In this document: positions 36,592-45,168 of the stretch, piece by piece
Position numbering within the stretch: the stretch's first letter is position 1
Layout: each line of letters begins with the position of its first letter
Virus record (IMG/VR): IMGVR_UViG_3300032225_001407
Coordinates: 1-47,931 of that record
Source of the DNA: a virus
Taxonomy: Duplodnaviria; Caudoviricetes
Direction: 5' to 3' (one strand)
DNA length: 47,931 nucleotides
Notes under the pieces: generated by a model
Databases searched by the model: none
What the model was told of the DNA's origin: nothing
The model's input: only the letters and a program-made list of their open reading frames with translations
Translations under genes and position numbers: made by a program

Positions 36592-38026
36592 AATAACTTT
36601 GTTACAAGAAGGTCTGGGCACCATGCTCAAAACCATGGGGTCGGATCTTAAAAATGCTGTCAAAGCACCGGTTGAAAAAGCCAAATACCTTATGAAGGAA
36701 CCTGGCTCGTTGACCAGCACAGGCGCATACAACAATGCCAGAGACAAATACTACACCAGTCTGGTAGGCCCGCGCCAGTCTGAAAAAGCTGCATCAACTA
36801 CAACGGACTTGACAGCCTGGGCAAAGAACTTGGCCAGCGAATGGTCACGTCAACCTAGACCATCGTCTCAAGCACCAGTAGCACAGGCACAACCGTCGGC
36901 AACTACTAAACCCGCAACAGCGCCAGTCACAGCACCAACAACTCCGGTAACGCCACAAGCAACAAAACCCGGTTATGGTCCTGCATACAAGAATGTAACC
37001 ACTAACGTACCAGCTGGTGTTCCAAATCCCATGGCTGCTACAGGATCACCACAACCAACTACTGCACCAACAACAGCGGCGGCTAAACCAACAACACCTG
37101 CACCTGCTAATACAACACCAGCGGTAGCAAAACCACGCACTGGTGGAAAACAACCTGGCGTAGTCAGTCAAACTCCTAATGCCATACGTAAACGCACAGC
37201 TCGTGCCCAAGGCGCTGTTGCACCTGGTCAAAATGCATTTGGACAAATGGCTCAACAGTTGAGCGGTGCCAACAAGTCTAAATCAAGCACCGGTGGAACC
37301 ATAACACAAATGCCAACTGGTCAATTCCACGCAGCCAATCCTAAAAATCCAACTGTTGGAACACCAGCAGTTGCAACACCGGCTGCCACAGCTACAGCAA
37401 AGCCAGCACCAAAATGGTTAACACCCACAACCAAAATCAGTAAAGCATCTGCTGGCAAACCAACAGCCGATGAATATGCAAAACTACAACAACGAATAGC
37501 GGCCGCCGATGCCAAACAAAAAGGTGTAACCAATGAAGCATTTTCTGACCTGCCGGGTGCTAAACCTGCTGTAGGCGGAGCAGTGGCTCCTTCGGTAACA
37601 GCTCGACCAGCCGGAATCAAACGACCTCCACCGCTACAAAGCAGATACGCTCAAAACTTTAAAACCTGGGCAGCATCAAAGGTTGCTGATAAATCGTCTG
37701 GACTTGGTCTTGCTGATGTGGAAAAAATTCCCGGCATGAGCCGCACACTAAATCAAGCCTTGGCTCAGGTTGTAACTACTCAACAGAATCCCAATGACAA
37801 TATAGCAGCAGTGGAACAATATTTTTTAACTGTAGGACAGGCCATGCAACAACTGTCTGCCAGGCAAAAGACCATACAACAACAAAATAATCCTAAACGT
37901 CAATCTGCTTCGGCCCTTACTCCGCTATCGTCAATATTGAATCCTAATCAAATTGAGGCTCTTCAGAAGAAGGGCGAAACCCCTGAGGGAAAATGGGAAA
38001 TTATAACACAATTGAAATTACAATGA
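36578..38026 (+). CDS. Pro/Ala/Thr/Lys-rich low-complexity protein with internal-protein-like leader
   Basis: Starts MQIHEITLLQE|G; long disordered centre; internal VTNE site. Confidence 0.7.
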   Translation: MQIHEITLLQEGLGTMLKTMGSDLKNAVKAPVEKAKYLMKEPGSLTSTGAYNNARDKYYTSLVGPRQSEKAASTTTDLTAWAKNLASEWSRQPRPSSQAPVAQAQPSATTKPATAPVTAPTTPVTPQATKPGYGPAYKNVTTNVPAGVPNPMAATGSPQPTTAPTTAAAKPTTPAPANTTPAVAKPRTGGKQPGVVSQTPNAIRKRTARAQGAVAPGQNAFGQMAQQLSGANKSKSSTGGTITQMPTGQFHAANPKNPTVGTPAVATPAATATAKPAPKWLTPTTKISKASAGKPTADEYAKLQQRIAAADAKQKGVTNEAFSDLPGAKPAVGGAVAPSVTARPAGIKRPPPLQSRYAQNFKTWAASKVADKSSGLGLADVEKIPGMSRTLNQALAQVVTTQQNPNDNIAAVEQYFLTVGQAMQQLSARQKTIQQQNNPKRQSASALTPLSSILNPNQIEALQKKGETPEGKWEIITQLKLQ

Positions 38027-39948
38027 TACAATCTTTACGAGAAGGCGGCAACGTATTTAAAAACAGCAAAGGCCAGGCTGTGACCCAGCGCATTAATCAG
38101 ACTGATGTCAAGCCTACTCTTGCCTGGCTAGAAGAACTGGTTCCGGGTTTAGATCTACAAAGCAATACACTAGGATCAACCGGTATCAAAGACACGTCGG
38201 GTGACTTGGACATTGCAGTAGATGCCAACACAGTTACCAAAGAACAACTAGAAGCAAGACTTAAACAGTGGGCTGCCAGCCATGGATTCAAGCCCGAAGA
38301 CTATGTTAAAAAATCTGGCACAGCGGTGCATTTCCTTACGCCCATCGTTGGCAATCCTGCCAACGGCTATGTGCAAACAGACTTTATGTTGTTGAAGAAT
38401 GTGCCTTGGTCAAAGTTTGTGCTGGGCGCCATGCCTGCAGATAGCAAGTATAAGGGCCGCGAGCGCAATGTGTTGATGAACAGCATAGCCAAAAGCATGG
38501 GCTACAAGCTGAACCAGATAGCCGGCATTGCAGATCGCAATACCAACGAGATCATTACTGCTGACCCTGATCAAGTGGCCAAGATGTTGTTGAACAAAAC
38601 AGCCACTAGGCAAGACTTAGCAAGCGTAGAAAACATATTGCAAGCTCTTAGCACTGATTCTCAACGTGATGCTAAATTGGCTGATTTTAAAGCTCACATG
38701 GAACGTGAAGGTCTACCATTTTTAGAAAGTGCTGAACTTTACCGACCAGTTTCAGACGTTCATTTTCTAGCTCGGTTACGTGACCGTATTGTCAATCAAG
38801 GTATGCAGGTCATTGTAGAAGCTGAAGTGCAAGGTGGTCGCGCCAAAGGTATTGAACATCTTGAAGATTATGTGTTCCGTAACGGCAGTGCAGGAATTAA
38901 AAAAGCCATAGATATCGTCAAACATACCGCAGCCGACACAGGTAAAACTACCACAGTCAAATGGGATGGTAAGCCGGCTTTGATATTTGGTCGCGATGCT
39001 AACGGAACATTTATCCTGACCGACGTTTCTGGATTCACAGCCAAAGGCTACAACGGCCTGTTCACAAGTCCCAAGCAAGTCACACAACATTTGGCCGCAA
39101 GAGATGCCGATGCGGCTGCGTTGGGCAAACCGGCTACTCGTGTGCAGGATCTTGCACCAATTTACAACAAGTTGTGGGGCATGTTAGATGCCGCAGTGCC
39201 ACCAAACTATAGAGGATTTGTGCAAGGCGACCTGTTGTATATGGACACTCCTCCATTGGAAGCCGGCAACTATGTGTTTACGCCCAACACCATAGAATAC
39301 AAGATTCCAGCCCGCAGTGATGTGGGCAAGCGCATTGGCGCCAGCGAAGTAGGCATTGCCATGCACACTAGATATGCCGAACCTGGGGCTGCCAAAGAAC
39401 CCATTGGCACGGTTAAATTTAAAACAGTTCCTGGATTACTTTTATTAGAACCAGTATATGCCAAGGAAAATGTTAAACCAAATAAAGAGTTAACACAACA
39501 ACTTAGAACAGTTTATACTAGTCAAGGAGCTGCCATTGACCAACTGTTTAATCCGGCTGAACTTCGTGCGCTACAAATCACTGACTTGCCCAAGTTATGT
39601 ATAGACTATATCAACAGTCGTGTGGGTGTTGGCTTTGATAACTTGTTGGCCGATTTTGGCCCTTGGTTACAACAGCGTGTTACACCCAAGAAATTTCGAA
39701 ACATTGTGGAATACTTGCAAAGTCCACGCAGTAACCTGGCCGGTATGGCCGCGGCATTTACAGCCTGGGGTCTGTTACATGACATCAAGATGGATGTGTT
39801 GCAACAATTGGATCTACAACATCCAGGACAAGAAGGCTGGGTAATGGCCACTCCGGCTGGTATGGCCAAGGCTGTAAATCGTCTTGCTGGCGGATTTACC
39901 GCGGCAAATCGCCAAATAAACAACCCAGAAACAGTGGCTAACTCCTGA
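38023..39948 (+). CDS. Pol-beta-type nucleotidyltransferase fused to a DUF6267-like (KxDG ligase-like) domain
   Basis: LGSTG.KDTSGDLDIAVD and VQTDFM; second domain IEHLED...TVKWDGKPALIFG...QGDLLY...EGWV...KAVNR. ATGA coupling puts the start at 38023. Confidence 0.75.
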   Translation: MIQSLREGGNVFKNSKGQAVTQRINQTDVKPTLAWLEELVPGLDLQSNTLGSTGIKDTSGDLDIAVDANTVTKEQLEARLKQWAASHGFKPEDYVKKSGTAVHFLTPIVGNPANGYVQTDFMLLKNVPWSKFVLGAMPADSKYKGRERNVLMNSIAKSMGYKLNQIAGIADRNTNEIITADPDQVAKMLLNKTATRQDLASVENILQALSTDSQRDAKLADFKAHMEREGLPFLESAELYRPVSDVHFLARLRDRIVNQGMQVIVEAEVQGGRAKGIEHLEDYVFRNGSAGIKKAIDIVKHTAADTGKTTTVKWDGKPALIFGRDANGTFILTDVSGFTAKGYNGLFTSPKQVTQHLAARDADAAALGKPATRVQDLAPIYNKLWGMLDAAVPPNYRGFVQGDLLYMDTPPLEAGNYVFTPNTIEYKIPARSDVGKRIGASEVGIAMHTRYAEPGAAKEPIGTVKFKTVPGLLLLEPVYAKENVKPNKELTQQLRTVYTSQGAAIDQLFNPAELRALQITDLPKLCIDYINSRVGVGFDNLLADFGPWLQQRVTPKKFRNIVEYLQSPRSNLAGMAAAFTAWGLLHDIKMDVLQQLDLQHPGQEGWVMATPAGMAKAVNRLAGGFTAANRQINNPETVANS

Positions 39949-40011
39949 TTTTTACCAAAAGGTATAAATAAAAGTAGGCCCACAGTGGCCATATACTAAG
40001 GAGATTTAAAA

Positions 40012-40413
40012 ATGGCTTATATTACTAAAGTTTCTGGTGGTTCACAACCAGTATTTGCAACAGACGTCCTCAATGGACCAGTTGCACAAACAGCAGCTCT
40101 TAACGTTCAAGGTCCAATTCAAGTAGCTGGTCCTAAGTTAGACTTTTTTGCTGTTACAGCTAATGCTAACGTTGCTAGTCAAGGTGGTGTTAATGGTTAT
40201 GTTGCTAACGTGTTGCAAGCGGTCCAACAGACAGCTACAGTTTCTATGTACCAAGTAGCTGCCAATGGTACTACAATCAGTTTTGGTGTTTACCCAACTG
40301 GTGCATATACTAGTGCTACATTTGTTGCCGCTGTTCAAACAGCCAATACAACAACTATTGGTGTTCCAACAGGAAACGTTTCCACTACAGCTTCGTTTAC
40401 AAACCTTGCATAA
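40012..40413 (+). CDS. Small structural protein, probably highly expressed
   Basis: Full TATAAATA promoter (39963), TAAGGAG RBS, biased codons (GCT/GTT/ACT/GGT), own terminator; A/T/V/N/G-rich. Confidence 0.75.
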   Translation: MAYITKVSGGSQPVFATDVLNGPVAQTAALNVQGPIQVAGPKLDFFAVTANANVASQGGVNGYVANVLQAVQQTATVSMYQVAANGTTISFGVYPTGAYTSATFVAAVQTANTTTIGVPTGNVSTTASFTNLA

Positions 40414-40435
40414 TTAAGTTTTTGCATAAAACATC

Positions 40436-40458
40436 AAACCTGCTTCGGCAGGTTTTTT
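40436..40458 (+). terminator. Intrinsic terminator with cUUCGg loop
   Basis: AAACCTGC-TTCG-GCAGGTTTTTT. Confidence 0.9.
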
Positions 40459-40558
40459 GTTGACTAGATTTTTTAGACATAAGTAAACATGCTCGTGTAG
40501 CAATCTTGTCCTGCATAGGGCGGGACCGGAACGACACACACATACACAGGAGAAAAAC

Positions 40559-40786
40559 ATGAGCAAAACACCTTACGAGATCCGTCTCGAACTTCTCAAA
40601 ATGGCCAACGAAATCCTCGTGACGCCAGTCTTCCAACAACGTCAAGCACTAACTGATGAGTATCACTCTAAGTTAACCGATGCTAACCGTGGAACGCATC
40701 CGTTTCCAACTTTACCAGATTTTCCGTCTAGCACAGACATTGTGAGCAAGGCTGAGGAACTGAAGAAGTTTGTAGACCAAGCGTAA
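40559..40786 (+). CDS. Small hypothetical protein
   Basis: AGGAGA RBS; TPYEIRLELLKMA...FPS..DIV.KAEELKKFV; followed by a terminator. Confidence 0.8.
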   Translation: MSKTPYEIRLELLKMANEILVTPVFQQRQALTDEYHSKLTDANRGTHPFPTLPDFPSSTDIVSKAEELKKFVDQA

Positions 40787-40790
40787 AACT

Positions 40791-40813
40791 AAAGCCCCGA
40801 AAGGGGCTTTTTT
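40791..40813 (+). terminator. Intrinsic terminator with GAAA loop
   Basis: AAAGCCCC-GAAA-GGGGCTTTTTT. Confidence 0.9.
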
Positions 40814-40857
40814 GTTGACTTTAATACTGCTCTTGCTATAATAACTTAAATACTAAC

Positions 40858-41112
40858 ATGATGGTCAGCAAAATTACAGAACTTACAGTGTTTGAAAGTC
40901 CGGACGGTGGGCGCACAGTTTATGCCCGTAGTCCCGGCTCCGCCAAACGAGAGCTGCATTGGCAAGATCCTAAACTGCAACAAGAACTCAAGGACTTGGA
41001 ACGATCAAAACGCTGGGTTGAAATTTTTCAAGCTCGTAGGGATGATGCTGAACTTGATCACTTGTGCGAACAAGTAGAAATACTGTATGAACTCAGCAGG
41101 AAATCAGAATGA
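40858..41112 (+). CDS. Hypothetical protein
   Basis: VFESPDGGRTVYAR motif; both promoter types upstream (TTGACT 40815/TATAAT 40837; TAAATA 40847). Confidence 0.75.
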   Translation: MMVSKITELTVFESPDGGRTVYARSPGSAKRELHWQDPKLQQELKDLERSKRWVEIFQARRDDAELDHLCEQVEILYELSRKSE

Positions 41113-41537
41113 AGTATGCCTGCCAGACATTATTTGATATCACAGCTACTGGAGTAACCGGTCATTGTAAACAAAGTCGTATGCCATTCTACGACCGTAC
41201 TGGACAATTGATAGACAATGCAGATTCATGGAATCGCAGTAGAAATCAACAACGTAATTGGGAAACAATCACACAAATATTAAGCCTACGAACACAGTTG
41301 TTTGCATTGACAGATCCAATAGCAGATCAAACTGGCACACGCTGGATGTTTGAATTTGAAACTGAATCAGACGGTATTTACGGGCCAGAGTCAGACCCGG
41401 TTGCAGTATTACGGTCAGATGCCGAAGGAGTTCCTATGTTGCGTGAGCTTGATAACGATCCTGATATTTCCACAATATTAGTTACTGAAGGCCCCAGACA
41501 GAATATTTGGTTTGCACACGTTTCCATAAATACATGA
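41109..41537 (+). CDS. Hypothetical protein
   Basis: ATGA-coupled; TLFDITATG...RNQQRNWET..QILSLRTQ. Confidence 0.75.
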   Translation: MKYACQTLFDITATGVTGHCKQSRMPFYDRTGQLIDNADSWNRSRNQQRNWETITQILSLRTQLFALTDPIADQTGTRWMFEFETESDGIYGPESDPVAVLRSDAEGVPMLRELDNDPDISTILVTEGPRQNIWFAHVSINT

Positions 41538-41549
41538 TGGAGATTACAA

Positions 41550-41813
41550 ATGGTTGAGCCAACTGATATTGAAAAGAAAAGCCTAGAAGCACACGTAGAA
41601 CTATGTGCCGAACGCTATAATGCCCTAGAAGACAAAATGACTGCCATGAGCGTAAGCATTGCACATCTTTGCGATATGGTTGCCGAAGTCAAATCCAGTG
41701 TCGGCAAAATGAGTGAAAAAAATACTGATCGATTAATTGGATGGGGAGTTGGCATCATTGGATTTTTATCTGCATCTACCATTTATCTTATATCACACTA
41801 CGTTTTAAAATGA
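41550..41813 (+). CDS. Coiled-coil protein with a C-terminal transmembrane helix (possibly holin/XhlA-like)
   Basis: Heptad region then LIGWGVGIIGFLSASTIYLI; late promoter and GGAG RBS. Confidence 0.55.
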   Translation: MVEPTDIEKKSLEAHVELCAERYNALEDKMTAMSVSIAHLCDMVAEVKSSVGKMSEKNTDRLIGWGVGIIGFLSASTIYLISHYVLK

Positions 41814-42283
41814 AACCAGACCAAGAGTTTGAACGCATGTTCCGCCAGGAATTTAAGAACATTGCACCCAATTTAATTTGGCAAAGTGAAGACGGATACG
41901 AAGTATTTGATCACTATCGAATACAGCCTAAATCATCAGGTTATCGAGTATTTTGTGGCCTGTCTGAAGTGGGAACATTTAGTAGCACACGCACAGCACT
42001 CAGCTGGTGTATTGCCGACAAAAATCGTGGCTATAACACAGCCCGTGAAATCTTAAGAACTGATAACAAATTAACAGCTCTTAAAAACGATATTCATACC
42101 AGAGCTGCTGTGGGTGATCGTAGCCGAGACCCTGCATTACAAGAAATTATTTTAACCAAGCTAGAAAGCAAGATTATACAGAAAAAAATGCTGGAAAATC
42201 AGTTGACCAAATACGTAAACTGGGCTAAATATATTCAACAACGAGGATTCAATAATGAAACTGCAAGAACTAGCCGTAGCTAA
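41810..42283 (+). CDS. Hypothetical protein (start moved from 41741)
   Basis: ATGA overlap with the previous stop gives MKPDQEFE... Confidence 0.7.
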   Translation: MKPDQEFERMFRQEFKNIAPNLIWQSEDGYEVFDHYRIQPKSSGYRVFCGLSEVGTFSSTRTALSWCIADKNRGYNTAREILRTDNKLTALKNDIHTRAAVGDRSRDPALQEIILTKLESKIIQKKMLENQLTKYVNWAKYIQQRGFNNETARTSRS

Positions 42284-43103
42284 CCCAATACAACAAGCCG
42301 CTAAGGTTTTTGAAAGCTACTTTGGTAAACGTGTCGATTTTAACACTGTTTCACAAGGTCAAGCCCGCGCCATGCTCAAACGTGTGCGCGGCCTAATTGC
42401 CGAACACCGCCGCACTCCAGAATTCCACAGCAGTGAACGTAATCCTTCGTATTTAAAATTGGTCATGATGGAACAGGCATTGGCCGCCGCTGCTACCACG
42501 CCTGGTGCCGCACCTGCTGCAAATCCGGCCAATATGGCAATGGATATGGCCGCTAGGAAAAAACAGGCCCAAGATCAAGCCGCTGCAATCACCAAACAAA
42601 TTCAACAGTTAACTCAACAGAAAGCTCAAATTTTGCAACAGGCAAATAGTCCAATGGCCGAAGGCCGCCTGGCTCGTCGCTTGCGTGAAGCCAGTGAGAT
42701 TCAACAAGCTCAAGTTGTCCTGGCCGCACAAGACATGGTTGATCAAGTTCAAAAGATGAGTGAACAAGTTAGTGCCATGCAGTTCAAAGACTTGCCTGCC
42801 CTGATCGATCAGATCAAGAACGAAGTTGGTGTTGACCAAGCTACTCAATTCAATGGTGATGCCAGTGCCGCACTCAGCGGCCTGTTACAAAACCTCAGTG
42901 GTGCCAAGCAACAGTTGGAAGCTGCACTTGGTGTAGTCACAGGACAAGCCCCACAAGTTCCAGGCGCCGATATGACTGCACCTGCACCTGGAGAAGAACA
43001 AGTTGATATCAATGCTGAAGTTCCAACACCCGGTGGCGAAGAAGATATTGATGCTGAAATGGATGCCAATCTTGACAGCGGTCTAGGTCGTGAACGTAGA
43101 TAA
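42255..43103 (+). CDS. Helical prohead core/scaffold-like protein
   Basis: MKLQEL start; Q/A-rich coiled coil; KVFE, PMAE, RLRE sites; acidic C-terminus. Confidence 0.55.
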   Translation: MKLQELAVANPIQQAAKVFESYFGKRVDFNTVSQGQARAMLKRVRGLIAEHRRTPEFHSSERNPSYLKLVMMEQALAAAATTPGAAPAANPANMAMDMAARKKQAQDQAAAITKQIQQLTQQKAQILQQANSPMAEGRLARRLREASEIQQAQVVLAAQDMVDQVQKMSEQVSAMQFKDLPALIDQIKNEVGVDQATQFNGDASAALSGLLQNLSGAKQQLEAALGVVTGQAPQVPGADMTAPAPGEEQVDINAEVPTPGGEEDIDAEMDANLDSGLGRERR

Positions 43104-43450
43104 TGTTAATACGAGAAGTAGCTGAACTCGACAGCGGACCTGATACAAAAAAACTGGCTGCATTAAGCCAGTTTTTGCTTGGCCGTAGCCAAGATGAAGC
43201 TGCCTCAAAACAAATCAGCCAACAGGCCTTTATTGATGCCGCCAAGAGCCTAGGTGTTAATGTTACTCCAGACAACTTGGGCGATTTAATTAGTCAAGAA
43301 CCCTTAAGCAATATACTAGAGCCACTAGAACCCAATTCTGGTGTAGTTCGATTCAAAGGCAACACCGAAGCCGAAACTGGCATGAGTGTGGACCAAGCTA
43401 GAGCCGTAGTAGACTCCAATGCCAAAGCGGCATTAAAACGTCGCCAGTAA
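43103..43450 (+). CDS. Hypothetical protein with internal-protein-like leader
   Basis: Starts MLIREVAE; TAATG coupling. Confidence 0.65.
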   Translation: MLIREVAELDSGPDTKKLAALSQFLLGRSQDEAASKQISQQAFIDAAKSLGVNVTPDNLGDLISQEPLSNILEPLEPNSGVVRFKGNTEAETGMSVDQARAVVDSNAKAALKRRQ

Positions 43451-43506
43451 TTACACAAGTCGTAAATATCTAACATCGCTTAATCATTAGGTGATGCTAC
43501 TACACT

Positions 43507-44409
43507 ATGAAAAAACACTTATTCTCAAAACTTGAGTTCTATATAACAAATGTCTGCAATTTAACTTGCGAAGGTTGCAATCGTTTCAACAATTATTCAT
43601 TTGCTGGTTGGCAACGTTGGAGTGACTACGAAGCCGATTATGCCAAATGGGTCGAATACGTAGACGTTGATAAGATAGTAATACTCGGTGGTGAACCATT
43701 GCTTAACCCAGACATACTGGATTGGGTGTATGGTATAAATCGCATATTTAAAAGAAACGTGCAGATACTGTCAAACGGCACACGCCTAAACAATGTAAAA
43801 GGACTTTATGAAGCCCTACAAGCCAATGGCAATTGGATGGGTATCAGCTGGCATAATCCCAATAACATTGACGAATTTGAAACAGAGGTTCACCGGTTCC
43901 TTCAAGGAACAATTACAAAGATAGAAAAAAATGATCCCCGTAATGTATTTGGGTCTGATATTACATGGATTGACCAAAACGGAGTTGCTATTCCGCTATG
44001 GATACAGTATGATTTTTACGACAGTGCAATTCAACGTGACCAAACCGGTAAGTTCACACTGCACAACAGTAGACCGCATGTGGCTCACAACAGTTGCGGA
44101 TTTCGCATACACAAAAATTACCACATGATCAAAGGCCGGCTGTATAAATGCGGACCAGCTGCGCTGTTTCCAGAGTTTGATCAACAACACCCGTTTGATA
44201 TTTCAGATGCGGATAGAGCTATTTTAAATTCGTATCGACCTTTGTCGCCATATGAGTATCCAGAACGTGGTGCAGAGTTTTTGGCCACAATCGATGAACA
44301 ACTGACCATGTGTAAATTTTGTCCAGAAAGTTTAGAGTATAAAAATAGATTATTTGCGGTCAGTAAAAATCAAGCTCGAAAACAATATACCTTAGAACCA
44401 GTCGTATAA
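43507..44409 (+). CDS. Radical SAM protein with C-terminal Cys motif
   Basis: ITNVCNLTCEGC, LGGEPLLNP, SNG, C-terminal LYKC...CKFC. Confidence 0.9.
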   Translation: MKKHLFSKLEFYITNVCNLTCEGCNRFNNYSFAGWQRWSDYEADYAKWVEYVDVDKIVILGGEPLLNPDILDWVYGINRIFKRNVQILSNGTRLNNVKGLYEALQANGNWMGISWHNPNNIDEFETEVHRFLQGTITKIEKNDPRNVFGSDITWIDQNGVAIPLWIQYDFYDSAIQRDQTGKFTLHNSRPHVAHNSCGFRIHKNYHMIKGRLYKCGPAALFPEFDQQHPFDISDADRAILNSYRPLSPYEYPERGAEFLATIDEQLTMCKFCPESLEYKNRLFAVSKNQARKQYTLEPVV

Positions 44410-44423
44410 TTCGTTCAAAAAGG

Positions 44424-44452
44424 TTGTAAATACAATACTTGTATGTTATAAT
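44424..44452 (+). promoter_or_regulatory. Sigma70-type promoter of the iscU operon, with nested TAAATA
   Basis: GG-TTGTAA-17 nt (ending TGt)-TATAAT; AGGAG RBS downstream. Confidence 0.7.
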
Positions 44453-44470
44453 ACAGGATAGGAGATATAA

Positions 44471-44851
44471 ATGGCATATTCAGACAAAGTAATTGATCAC
44501 TATGAAAATCCACGCAACGTGGGCAGCTTTGCCAAAGACGAAGAAGGCGTTGGAACCGGTATGGTCGGAGCTCCGGCCTGCGGTGACGTAATGAAACTGC
44601 AAATCAAAGTAGATTCTGATGGTATTATTCAAGACGCCAAGTTCAAAACATACGGATGCGGATCAGCAATTGCATCCAGCAGTCTTGTCACAGAATGGGT
44701 CAAAGGCATGCACATTGACAAGGCACAGGCTCTTAAAAATAGCGAGATTGCTGAACACCTTGCACTTCCTCCAGTAAAGATACATTGCAGTATCCTAGCA
44801 GAAGATGCTATCAAAGCCGCAGTAGCAGACTACAAAAACAAACACCAATGA
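44471..44851 (+). CDS. iscU: Fe-S cluster scaffold IscU
   Basis: [40 protein letters not shown]. Confidence 0.97.
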   Translation: MAYSDKVIDHYENPRNVGSFAKDEEGVGTGMVGAPACGDVMKLQIKVDSDGIIQDAKFKTYGCGSAIASSSLVTEWVKGMHIDKAQALKNSEIAEHLALPPVKIHCSILAEDAIKAAVADYKNKHQ

Positions 44852-45168
44852 TATCGGTAACTGAAATAGCTGCCAAGAAAATTGTGGCTAATTTAACCAA
44901 ACGTGGCCAAGGTGTAGGCATCCGTCTGGGTGTAAGGACCACTGGTTGTTCTGGCCTGGCGTATGTGTTGGAGTATGTTGATGCTGTTAACGCAGAAGAC
45001 ATCACGGTCAAACAGGACGGCTTTGTTGTTGTAGTTGATCCAAAAAGTTCAGCGTACCTAAATGGCGTCGAAGTAGACTATGTGCGCCAAGGCCTTAACG
45101 AAGGCTTTGAATTTAACAACCCCCTTGAACGAGACCGTTGTGGATGCGGAGAAAGTTTTAGAGTTTGA
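44848..45168 (+). CDS. iscA: Fe-S cluster carrier IscA (start moved from 44785)
   Basis: TTGCSGLAY and CGCGESF; ATGA coupling to iscU. Confidence 0.96.
   Translation: MISVTEIAAKKIVANLTKRGQGVGIRLGVRTTGCSGLAYVLEYVDAVNAEDITVKQDGFVVVVDPKSSAYLNGVEVDYVRQGLNEGFEFNNPLERDRCGCGESFRV

Noticed and set aside
44471-45168. Host chromosomal contamination or prophage boundary at iscU/iscA
   Set aside because: The genes are coupled to phage genes, use the phage promoter style, and lack the rest of the isc operon.
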